Shown piece by piece: positions 39,001 through 51,000 of a stretch of 64,000 nucleotides of DNA. The first letter of the stretch is position 1. Each line of letters opens with the position of its first letter. Position numbers and translations under genes: made by a program. Location: contig CM059432.1 of NCBI GenBank assembly GCA_030390025.1, positions 33,234,001 through 33,298,000 on the forward strand. The letters run 5' to 3'. The notes under the pieces were generated by a model, which saw nothing but the letters and a program-made list of their open reading frames with translations, searched no databases and had not been told where the DNA came from. Source of the stretch: Squalus acanthias (taxonomy: Eukaryota).

Positions 39001-42000
39001 GGCCCCAGCTGGAGTATTGTGTCCAATTCTGGGCATCGCACTTTAGGAAGGACGTGAAGGCTTTGGAGAGGGTACAGAAGAGATTTACTAGAATGGTTCC
39101 AGGGATGAGGGATTACAGTTATGTGGATAGACTAGAGAAGGCTAAGAGGAGATTTGAGAGAGGTGTTTAGATAGAGTAAATAAAGAGAAACTGTTTCCAA
39201 TGGCTGAAGGGTCGATTACCAGAGGACACAGATTTAAGTTTTTTTTTAAATTTGTTTATGGGATCAGGGCATCGCTGGCAATGCTAGCATTTATTGCCCA
39301 TCAACTAGTTGCCCTTGAGCAGGTGGTGGTGAGCCGTCTTCTTGAACTGCTGCAGTCCGTGTGGTGAAGGTACTCCCACAGTGCTGTTCGGTAGGGAATT
39401 CCAGGATTTTGACCCAGCGATGATGAAGGATCGGCGATATATTTCTAAGTCAGGATGGTGTGTGACTTGGAGGGGTGGTGTTCCCATGTGCCTGCTACCC
39501 TTGTCCTTCTAGGTGAAAGAGGTCGCGGGTTTGGGAGGTGCTGCCGAAGAAGCCTTGGCGAGTTGCTGCAGTGCATCTTGTAGATGGTACACACTGCAGC
39601 CACGGTACGCCAGTGGTGGAGGGAGTGAATGTTTAAGGTGGTGGATGGGGTGCCAATCAAGCGGGCTGCTTTGTCCTGGATGGTGTCGAGCTTCTTGATT
39701 GTTGTTGGAGCTGCACTCATCCAGGCAAGTGGAGAGTATTCCATCACACTCCTGACTTGTGCCTTGTAGGTGGTGGAAAGGCTTTGGGGAGTCAGGAGGT
39801 GAGACACTCGCCGCAGAATACCTAGCCTCTGACCTGCTCTTGTTGCCACAGTATTTATGATTGGCAAAAGAACCAGAGGCAACATGAGGAAAAAATTTTT
39901 ATGCAATGAGTGGTTAGGATTTGGAATGCACTGCCTGATAGGGTGGTGGATACAGATTCAATAGTACCCTTTAAAAGGAAATTGGATAAATACTTGAAGG
40001 AGAAAAAATTGTAGGGGTATGGGAAAAGAGCAGGGGAGTGGGACTGACCAGATTGCTCTTTGCAGATTCGATGGGCCGAATGGCCTCCTTCTGTGCTGTA
40101 CTATTTTATGATTCTATAAAGCGTTACTGTGGCTTTATAAAGTGACCATCTGCAGCTGATCATGAAGTTCTATGCCCAGCATTTGTATTTTTATAAAGAA
40201 GCCTAGTTCAAAGGCTGTGTTCCAGAGTGCTGCAGGCCACAAGCATTGAGACGGGTATGAAAGAAAGAAGCAGTAATTAGCTGACATCAAACTTGGGTTT
40301 TAAAAGCCTGTAGCTTGTAGGAGGCAGGAAGATTGAGGGAGGCGAGGCATTCCATAACTTTGAAGAATTTGAGTAGGAAACAGTGAAATGAGCCATCATT
40401 ACAACACTGTGTTACCCTGTTGGAGAGCTTATGATAATTGTATTTTGCAATAACACAGGCACAAAGATTGCAATATCTCTCCTACAGGAGTACAGACTTC
40501 AATTGAGCAGAATGAATCACTAAATACGGCAAACAGGGTCATCAAGCTACCATATTTGGTTCTCAACTTTTGTGGGGGGTTTGAAGAAAGGTAGCCATTA
40601 ATGTAGGGGAGAGAAAGCGAGCCACTGATTTTGTGGGGGGATGTGTAAGAGAAAGGTAGCCACTGCTGTAACTCCTGCAGATTGGTGAAAGCCCCTGGAG
40701 AAATGGCATAACCAGCTGAAAGGGCCGTTTACACCATTGCTCTGGGGGCTCCGCTGGTCTCCCACTAAAGTTATGGTGGGAGATCGAGAGAAGTCCTATG
40801 GCATTTCTAGGCCTATATGTAAATACACTAATCTGTGATTGTTGTGTTTCAGGGAAAGCTCACCTTTAACAATGGATATATCATCGAGGGATTGTTCAGC
40901 AACAAGTGGGGAAGTGGCTTGAGGGCCAATGGGATATTCTCCAAACCCACCGAAGAGTTAAACCCTTTGATCACCAGCAAACTGTGAGTGTGAATTGTCC
41001 AAGCCTATAACGCAGTGACAAACTTCCATAGCTTGTAAGTGGCAGAATCAACTTGATGAAATTCCCTTTATATTGAAGGAAGAGAGAAAGGATAGCCACT
41101 GATTGGGGGGGCAGAAGAGTGAAATAGCGTACAAAAGCAAGGAAGATATGCTAAACCTTTATAAAACACTGCTTAGGCCCTAGCTGAAGTATTGTGGCCA
41201 AACCTGGGCACCACACTTTCAGAAGGATGTCAAGGCATTCGAGAGGGTAGAGAGGAGATTTACTCGAATGGTACTAGGAATTAAGGTCTTCAGTTGCGTG
41301 GAGAAATTAGAGAAACTATGGTTGTTTTCCTTAGAGCAGCAAAGGTTAAGGGGAAATTTGATAAAGGTGTTCAGAATCATCAAGTGGTTTGATACACTAA
41401 ATAAGGAGAAACTGTTTCCAGTGGCAGAATGGTCGATAACCAGAGGACACAGATTTAAGGTAATTGGTAAAAGAACCGGATGCGACATGAGAGAATAAAA
41501 ATTTACGCAGCAAGTTATGATCTGGAATGCACTGCCTGAAAGGGTGGTGGAAACAGATTCAATAATAACTTTCAAAAAGGAATTGGATAAATACTTGAAA
41601 GGGGAATATTTGCAGGGCTATGGGGAAAGAGCAGGGGAGTGGGACTAATTTGATTGCTCTTTCAAAGAGCCGGCACAGGCATGATGGCAGAATGGCCTTC
41701 TGTGCTGTATGATTCTATGAATGTATTTTTTATGCAAGTGAAAGGAACATCAGTCCTGTTGGAAAACAAATTCTCCCCATCTCTCATGAAGGTGCTGACT
41801 CTTGCTGTTACAGGTTGCACAGGCACTGGGCATCCTCAGTAACTTGCTCAATTACCACTCCATGTGAGAGTGCAGACAGTTAGTGTTCACCTCACTTGCT
41901 GCCCCCAGCCAAGTGGGCCAGTTCTCTATTGGGGAGCCTCAGAAAGGTGTGTACTTTTTAAGGCATTTGGGTCTCCATTTTCCATCAAGAAAGCTCAGTA

Positions 42001-45000
42001 AGCATACGGGATACCAAGACCAGACAACAAATGTAAATGTTGGAGTGGCACGTGGAGGTCACTTTCCTGATGGTACAGATTTTAGTCTGGTCTGAATAAA
42101 GTGGAATGCTCAAAATTTTTGAGCCCATGGGCTATTTATTCGGAAAATAAGAACAGGAGTAGGCAATTCAGCCCCTTGAGCCTGTTCTGCCATTCAATTA
42201 GATCATGCCTGATCTATAGCCTTAAATCCATTTTACCCACTGTTGCTCCATAAATCCTTGATAAGAACATAAGACTTAGGAGCAGGAGTAGGTCATTTTG
42301 GCCCCTCGAGCCTGCTCCGCCATTCAATAAGATCATGGCTGATCTGACCTTGGCCTCAACTCCACTTCCCTGCCCGCTGCCCATAACCCTTGACTCCCTT
42401 ACCCTTCAAAAATCTGTCTATCTCCACCTTAAATATATTCAATGACCCAGCCTCCACTGCTCTCTGGGGAAGAGAATTCCAAAGATTCACGACCCTCTGA
42501 GAAGAAATTCCTCTTCATTTCCGTTTTAAATGGGTGCCCCCTTATTCTGAAATTATGCCCCTTAGTTCTAGATTCCCTCACAAGGGGAAACATCCTCTCT
42601 GCATCTACCCTGTCAAGGCCCTTCAGAATCTTATGTTTCAATAAGATCCCCTCTCATTCTTCTAAACTTCAATGAGTATAGGCTCAACCTTTCTTCATAA
42701 GACAACCCATTCATCTCTGGAATCAACCTTGTAAGCCTTCTCTGAACTGCCTCCAATGCAAGTATATCCTTCCTTAAATAAGGAGACCAAAACTGTACGC
42801 AGTACTCCAGGTGTGGTCTCACCAACGCCCTGTACAGTTGTAACAGGACTTCCCTACTTTTATACTCCATTCCCTTTGCAATAAAGGCCAACACTCCATT
42901 TGCCTTCTTAATTACTTGCTGTACCTGCATGCTAACTTTTTGTGATTCATGTACAAGGACCCCCAGATCCCTCTGTACCTCAGCATTTTGTAATCTCTCC
43001 CCATTTAAATAATAATTTGCTTTTTTATTTTTCCTACCAAAGTGGATAACCTCGCATTTTCCCACATTATACTCCATCTGCCAGATTCCTGCCCACTCAC
43101 TTAGCCTATCTACATCCCTTTGGAGATTCTTTGCGTCCTCCACACAATTTGCTTTCCTACCTATCTTTGTATCATCAGCAAATTTGGCTACATTACACTC
43201 GGTCCTTTCATCCAAGTCATTAATATAGATTGTAAATAGTTGAAGGCCCCAGCGGCACCCCACTAGTTACAGTTTGCCAACCTGAAAATGACCCATTTAT
43301 CTCGACTCTGTTTTCTGTTAGTTAGCCAATCCTCTATCCATGCTAATATATTACCCTCAACCCTGTGAGCTCTTATCTTGTGTAGTAACCTTTTATGTGG
43401 CACCTTATCGAATGCCTTCTGGAAATCCAAATACATGACATCTACTGGTTCCCCTTTATCCACCCTGCTTGTTACATCCTCAAAGAACTCCAGCAAATTT
43501 GTCAAACATGATTTCCCTTTCATAAAACCATGCTGACTCTGCTTGACTATATTATGATTTTCTAAAAATCTACCACTTCCCTAATGATGGACTCCAACAT
43601 TTTCCCAATGACAGATGTTAGGCTAACTGGTTGATAGTTGCCTGGTTTCTGTCTCCTTCCTTTCTTAAATAGGGGCGTTACATTTGCGGTTTTCCAGTCC
43701 GCTGGGACCTCTCCAGAATCCAGGGAATTTTGGTAGATTACAACTAATGCATCCACTATCTCTGCAGCCACCTCTTAAGACTCTAGGATGCAGGCCATTG
43801 GGTCCAGGGGACTTGTCCATCTTTAGTCCCATTAGTTTGCCTAGTACTTTCTCTCTAGTGATTGTTTTAAGTTTCCCCCCCGCCCCCCCCCCCGAATTGC
43901 CCCTTGATTATCCATTATTGGAATGATTTTAGTGTCTTCTACCGTGAAGACCGATACAAAATATTTGTTCAAAGTCTCCGCCATTTCCCTGTTTCCCATT
44001 ATTAATTCCCCAGACTCTTCCTCTAGGGGACCAACATTTACTTTAGCTACTCTCTTCCTTTTTATATACCTGTAGAAGCTCTTGCTGTCTGTTTAAATAT
44101 TTCTTGCTAGCTTACTCTCATAAGCTATCTTCTCTCTCTCGATCATTTTTTTAGTTGTCCTTTGCTGATTTTTAAAAAATTCCCAATCCTCTGGCCTTCC
44201 ACTATTCTTCGCAACATTGTATGCTTTTGTTTTCAATTTGATACCATCCTTAACTTCCTTAGTTAGCCACGGATGGTTCATCCTTCTCTTAGTCTTTCTT
44301 TCTCTCTGGAATATATCTTTGCTGAGAGTTATGAAATATCTCCTTAAATGTTTGCCACTGCTTTTCTACAGTCTTACCCTGTAATATATTTACCAAGTCT
44401 GCCTTCATACCTTTATAATTACCTTTATTTAAGTTCAGGACACTAGTTTGAGACCTAGCTTTCTCACCCTCAAACTGAATTTGAAATTCTGCCATGCTAT
44501 GATCACTCTTCCCAAGAGATCCTTCATTAATCCAGCCTCATTACACATTACCAGATCTAAAATAGTCTTCTCCCTGGTTGGTTCCACAATGTATTGTTAC
44601 AAGAAACCATCCCGTATACACGCTTAAGAACTCTTCCTCAAGCCTACCTTTGCCAATTTGCTTTGTCCAATCAATATGAAGATTAAAATCTCCCATGATT
44701 ATAGCCGTACCTTTCTTACAAGCCTCTATTATTTCTTGATTTATACTCTGTCCTACAGTGTGGCTACTGTTTGGGGGCCTGTAGACCACCCCCACCAGTG
44801 ACTTCTTACCCTTATTATTTCTTATCTCCACCCAAACTGATTCTACGTCTTGATCTTCTAGGCCAATATCATTTCTCATTACTGCACTGATCTCATCCCT
44901 TATTAACAGAACTACACCACCTCCTTTTCCTTTCTGCCTATCCTTACGAAATGGCAAATACCCCTGAATATTCAGTTCCCAGCCTTGGTCACCTTGCAAC

Positions 45001-48000
45001 CACGTCTCTGTAATGGCTATCAGATCATAATGCGGAGATGCCGGTGTTGGACTGGGGTGGACAAAATTGAGATCATACCCATTTATTTCTATTTGTGCTG
45101 TCAATTCATCTATCTTGTTACGAATGCTGCATGCGTTCAGATATAGAGCTTTTAATTTTGTCTTTTTACCATTTTTCCCTACTCTGGCCCCTCTTTCTGA
45201 TGCACTCTTGTGTGTATACACTCTGTCCCTTCCTGTCACACTCTGGTTATCATTACCCCTATCGCTACCCTGCACTTTTGCCTTCTCATTTTTCTTTGAC
45301 TTTTTAAATTTCCGCTCAGCGTATCCCTCCCCCCTTCACTATTTAGTTTACAGCCCTATCTATTTGATTCACCAGGACACTGGTCCCAGCCTGGTTAAAA
45401 TGAAGCCTGTCCCGATGGAACAGCCCCCTCTTATCTCAGTACTGGTGCCAGTGCCCCAAGAATCTAAACCCATTTCTCCCACACCAGTCTTTGAGCCACT
45501 CATTCATTTCTCTGATCTTATTTACCCTATGCCAATTTTCACGTGGCTCAGGTAGTAATCCAGAGATTATTACCTTTGTGGTTCTGCTTTTTAATTTAGC
45601 CCCTAGCTGCTCATACTCCCTCAGCAGAACCTCTTTCTTTGTCCTACCTATGTCGTTAGTACCTACATGGACCACGACAACTGGATATTTCCCCTCCCAC
45701 TCTAAGTTCCTCTCCAGCCCAGAGGAGATGTCCTTTACCCTGGCACCGGGCAGGCAACACAGCCTTCGGGACTCACGCTCTTGGCTGCAGAGAACAGTGT
45801 CTATCTGTAACTATTCTGTCCCCTACCACTACCACATTTCTTTTTGCTCCCACCACTTGAATGGCTCCCTGTACCACGGTGCTTTGGTCAGTTTGCTCAT
45901 CCTCAATGCAGTCCCTGCTCTCGCCCACACAGAGAGCAAGAATCTCGTAACTGTTGGACAAGAGCAAGGGCTGAGGCTCCTCCACCACTACCTCCTGGGT
46001 CCCCATACCTGCCTCGCTTGTAGTCACACCCACCTGTTCCTGACCACGGACCAAATTTGAATTAATTAATCTAAGGGGTGTGACTGCCTCCTGGAACACA
46101 GCGTCCAGGTAACTCTCCCCCTCCCTGATGTGTCCAGTGTTTGAAGCTCGGACTCCAGCTCATCAACACGGAGCTGAAGCTCCTCAAGCAACCAACACTT
46201 ACTGCAAATGTGGTTGCCGTCGACCTCAATGGTGTCCATCAGCTCCCACATGTTGCAGCAGTAACACATCGCCTGCCCTGCCATTTCTAAGGTATTTAAT
46301 TAATTGTTTAAGTTTTGGACGTTTCGTTTTTAATCCCGGCTCTTAATTTAAACCAATGCCCAAGAAAAGGCGAGAAATACTGAACAACCAATCGCTTCCC
46401 TGCTTTCCTGTGATGTCACTCCTTGTTTTTTGTTCTTGAAATTGCCGGTTCCCTCACAGGTCGGTCCGCTCCCACTGCTGCTCCCAATAGCTCGGTCTGG
46501 GCCTCGAGCCTCGGGCTTTATTTACTCGCTCCGCTTTCACCGGTTCCCTCACAGGTCGGTCCGCTCCCGCTGCTGCTCCCAATAGCTCGGTCTGGGCCTC
46601 GAGCCTCGGGCTTTATTTACTCGCTCCGCTTTCACCGGTTCCCTCACAGGTCGGTCCGCTCCCACTGCTGCTCCCAATAGCTCGGTCTGGGCCTCGAGCC
46701 TCGGGCTTTATTTACTCGCTCCGCTTTCACCGGTTCCCTCACAGGTCGGTCCGCTCCCGCTGCTGCTCCCAATAGCTCGGTCTGGGCCTCGAGCCTCGGG
46801 CTTTATTTACTCGCTCCGCTTTCACCGGTTCCCTCACAGGTCGGTCCGCTCCCAATAGCTCGGTCTGGGCCTCGAGCCTCGGGCTTTATTTACTCGCTCC
46901 GCTTTCACCGGTTCCCTCACAGGTCGGTCTGCTCCCACTGCTGCTCCCAATAGCTCGGTCTGGGCCTCGAGCCTCGGGCTTTATTTACTCTCTCCGCTTT
47001 CACCGGTTCCCTCACAGGTCGGTCCGCTCCCACTGCTGCTCCCAGTGATACCCTTGCCTAACAAAAATCTATTGTTTACAGTCTTGTCACGAAGCTTCGG
47101 GTCTTACCACAGAGCTTTGGGAGCCACACACAATTTAAATCCGTGTTCCTATTTGTTTATATGTATCTCAAATTTATGAAACTAACAGTTCTGATTTACA
47201 ATTTATCTATCAAAGAGGTAACAGCACTAAGAACTGCCTTTCCCAAACTTCCAGGTCCACAACACTCAAACGGGACAAGCCAGTGAGCAAGTAATATAAG
47301 CCCAAATTGGTCCGGTGTCCAGGCCATATTTCTAGGATTTCCAGGGTCTGGGAGCCAAACGTGGCTAATGGGCCTCAGTTTGGACACCCGTCGTCTAGGA
47401 TAAGCAGCTACTTTCTAATGATCTTCAGGAAATCACAGCCAGTAAATGGTCATTTTGTCTACAACGGTTCTACTGGTCTCCTGCAGTTGCTCCAGCAGAC
47501 CGATGGAATCCTCTGGGAAATGGCGTAAATAGCTATTTTAGAAAGAAAGCAACCTCATGATGTTCTAAAGCGCTTTACAGCCAATGAAGTACTTTTGAAA
47601 TGTAGTCACTGTTGTCACAACAGCAGCCAATTTGCGCACAACAAGGTCGGCATACAGCAATGTTTTAATGATGTTGGTTGAAGGATAAGTATTGGCCAGA
47701 ACACGGGAGAACTCACCTGCTCCTCTTCCCATGGCATTATTTCAATCTTATACGTCCACATAAGTGGGCAGATGGGACCTTGGTTTAACGTCGCATCTGA
47801 AAGACGGCACCATCGTCAGTGCAGAACTCCCTCTGTACTGGTACTGATGCTGTTTTACACTATTTCTCTTGAGATGCTACCATCTTCCTGCCAGAGTTAC
47901 GGTGGGAGATGGGTAGAACAACCATGGAACTTCAAGGTCAACATACAAACTAGAAGCAACTTTAGTATTAGGATATTTCATGTGGCAATTCATTTCTATT

Positions 48001-51000
48001 CTAGGCAACTGGGCAGCCACATAACCCCAGCAAAAGATCGATGGCAGGGGATCTATGATCAGTTTAGGGATTTCCTTAACTCTGGCTCTGAAGAGACATC
48101 AGTAGAGTCCTTCCTCGGGTTTTACTCTGCAAACAGTAGGGAACGGCGGAAAAATCGGAAGAACAGGGCGACCACCACAGAAATGGAAACAGCCATGGAA
48201 CATTTCACAGAAGATCCTCTAGATTTTCTGTCTTGCGATGGGTAAGACTCTATTTCCCCCTTCCCCCAATACTTTTCTCCCCTCCTTTCCTGAAGGTGCT
48301 TGGGTATGGTTCTACAACAAGCAGCCTACCTCTGTTACCTTAATATCTGGCTAGGTAGTGAGTGTCGGTAGGGTATTTAACTATGGAGCACATCACAGCT
48401 AAGCCTGATCCTAACGCTGTATTTTTCAGCAGAGGTCAATGGACAATGGTCAGGAGTGACTGATTTTCCCCTCCCAAAGGGCACTGAGGCCAATTTTGGC
48501 GCCCTCATCGCAGCTCTGACTAAGACCTGCACAGACGGAGGATTGACCCTCCTAGTTTGAATGATTCAACATCATTTTATTTTATTGATGAAGTTTTCTA
48601 GTAATTATAACTTACTTACCCTTTCCTTTGTAAAATTGACAGAGCTTTTAGCTGGGAGACCAGGTAAAATGAAATAATTATTTGTTCCTCCACTTCATGA
48701 AAGGTTTGCAGGCAGCAGTTTAGATCATCCAGGTCTCCCTATCTCAATAGATCTCCCCCACCATCCCAGCCAAGCTTGGTATCTTGGGTCTTCTCATTGC
48801 CAGATACCCTCGCTAGCTGAGAGGGTAGACGGGCAACCTCCTCTCAGTCTCCAAATCTACTCTGAAACTTGCTGCTGGGAAACACATGGGAATGGGCAAG
48901 TAATTATTCTGCCTCTAATTGTCCTCATCCTGCCTAGCTGGTTTTTGCTTGCTATGATTGGAAAGGATTGTGGGCTTGCAGCATAGTGCTTTGGACCATC
49001 TTGCACTGTCATATGGGCCAATTAGGCTCTCTTCAACTCTGAAGAACAGAGGCCATGAGAAGAAAATTACCTCATGGATATGCCAAAGAAGCAACTTTGA
49101 GGGGTTCTTAATTAAGATAATGAAGGTAATTGGCAACGGTCAAATAGTTCATCATGGCAAAAGGTCATATATTTTCACTACGGCAGGGACATAAATTAAA
49201 ACTGAGGAAGTTAACAATAAGCAAAGTTGATCAGAATCAAACTATAATGAGAGTTGTGAAATAAATTGTTTGGGAGAGTCATTGAAGTGAATAGTGCAGG
49301 TGGGTTCAAGAAACATGCTGATGTCCTAACAAGCAATACTCTCTTTTAAATTAATTCTCGGGATGTGGGCATCAGTGGCAAGGCTGGTACAACTAAATGG
49401 CTTGCCGGGTCACTTCAGAGGGCATTAAAGAGTCAACCACGTTGGTGTGGGACTGGCGTCACATATAGGCCAGACTGGGTAAGGACGGGAGGTTTCCTTC
49501 CCTAAAGAACATTAGTGAACCAGCTGGGTTTTTTACTACAATCCAACAGCTTCATGGTCACATTTGCTGATACCAGCTTTTTATTTCCAGATTTATTTTT
49601 ATTAACTGAATTCAAATTCTCAAACTGTCATGGTTTGAACTCAAATTCTCTGGATTACTAGGCCAGTAACATAGCCACTACAATACCTGGGACAACCTTC
49701 ACAGCTAGCTCACATTGGCCGCCTTTGATACCTGTATGAGGAATTCCCAAAATGGAACATTTATTTAAGAACATAAGAAGTAAGAGCAGGAGTAGGCCAT
49801 ACGGCCCCTCAAGTCTGCTCCGTAAGATCATGGCTGATCATTGACCTCAACTCTACTTTCCCGCCCGATCTCCATATCCCTTGATTTCCCTAGAGTCCAA
49901 AAATCTATCTATCTCGGCCTTGAATATACTCAATGACTCAGCATTCACAGCCCTCCGGGGCAGAGAATTCCAAAAATTCACAACCCTCTGAGTGAAGAAA
50001 TTCCTCCTCATCTCGGTCTTAAATGGCCTACCCCTTATCCTGAGACTATGCCCCCTAGTTCTAGACACTCCAGCCAGAGGAAACAACCTCTCAGCATCTA
50101 CCCTGTCAATCCCCTTCAGAATCTTGCATGTTTCAATGAGATCACACCTCATTCTTCTAAACTCCAGAGAGTATAGGCCCATTCTACACAATCTCTCATC
50201 AGAGGACAGCCCTCTCATCCCAGCATTCTCGGCAAAGTATCCATAAGTTGGTTAGTAGAAATAATGGGCTCTGGGGATGTAAATCAGATGACCTGACTTT
50301 ATATTCTAAACTACAGATACTGAGTCCAAGGGTGTCACTGGCTGAAAAATCCTAGGGCACTACCCTAGCTTAAATTGAATTTAAGGATATATTGTGGCTG
50401 TCAAATCAGGAGTGTCACGAATTGGGCACATTGACCTCTGGGCCAAATTCTCCCAACTACACTCCCACCGAGTTAGACTCCATGTTGGGAGTGGAGTCCT
50501 GCAATTTTAGGGCTTTAATATTCACATTTTAAAATTGGAAAGGCAATGGATTCTCATGTCTGTCATTCTCAGAACCCATAGACCCTTAGGAAACCCGTGA
50601 ACCCAAGAAGACCAGGTGTAGCATGGACCCTTGGGTCCCTGTGGAGATCAGGTGTACTTACAAGCTGCATGCTACTGAGCAGAGCAAACTTAGAACACAA
50701 GAAACAATTGTAAATAAACAGGATAAGCAGATGAATGTTGATCATGAATGAGTTGAGAATAGCAAAATTCATTTCACTTTGTACGTAACGCGAGATATAA
50801 GAGAGATAGACTTTAATCCCATCAGTCTAGGTTGGATTCTGACAGAGGTGAGAGGGCCATGACCTGAGTAAAGGTCATCAGTTCTCACCTCTCCCACGCA
50901 CAGGCATTTTTAAAAAATCAATTATTTTCCCCTCTTCTAGTCCAAATGGTACCGCCTCTGAGAAACTCGCACCAAATCAGTGTAACTTGGCTGAGGGACA

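Larger units (their letters stand above)
42264..47045 (-). mobile_element. Near full-length CR1 LINE (5' UTR repeats, ORF1 zinc-finger/leucine-zipper + SGNH esterase, ORF2 APE + RT), frameshifted
   Basis: TSD tgata (42259-42263, 47046-47050) inside an older CR1 tail; ORF1 CYCC..CSKC and VHVGTND; ORF2 YLNACSIRNK, AITETW, YRPP, MGDFN, FADDTK. Confidence 0.93.

Noticed and set aside
42264..47045. Active autonomous CR1
   Set aside because: ORF1 and ORF2 are broken by several frameshifts and deletions.
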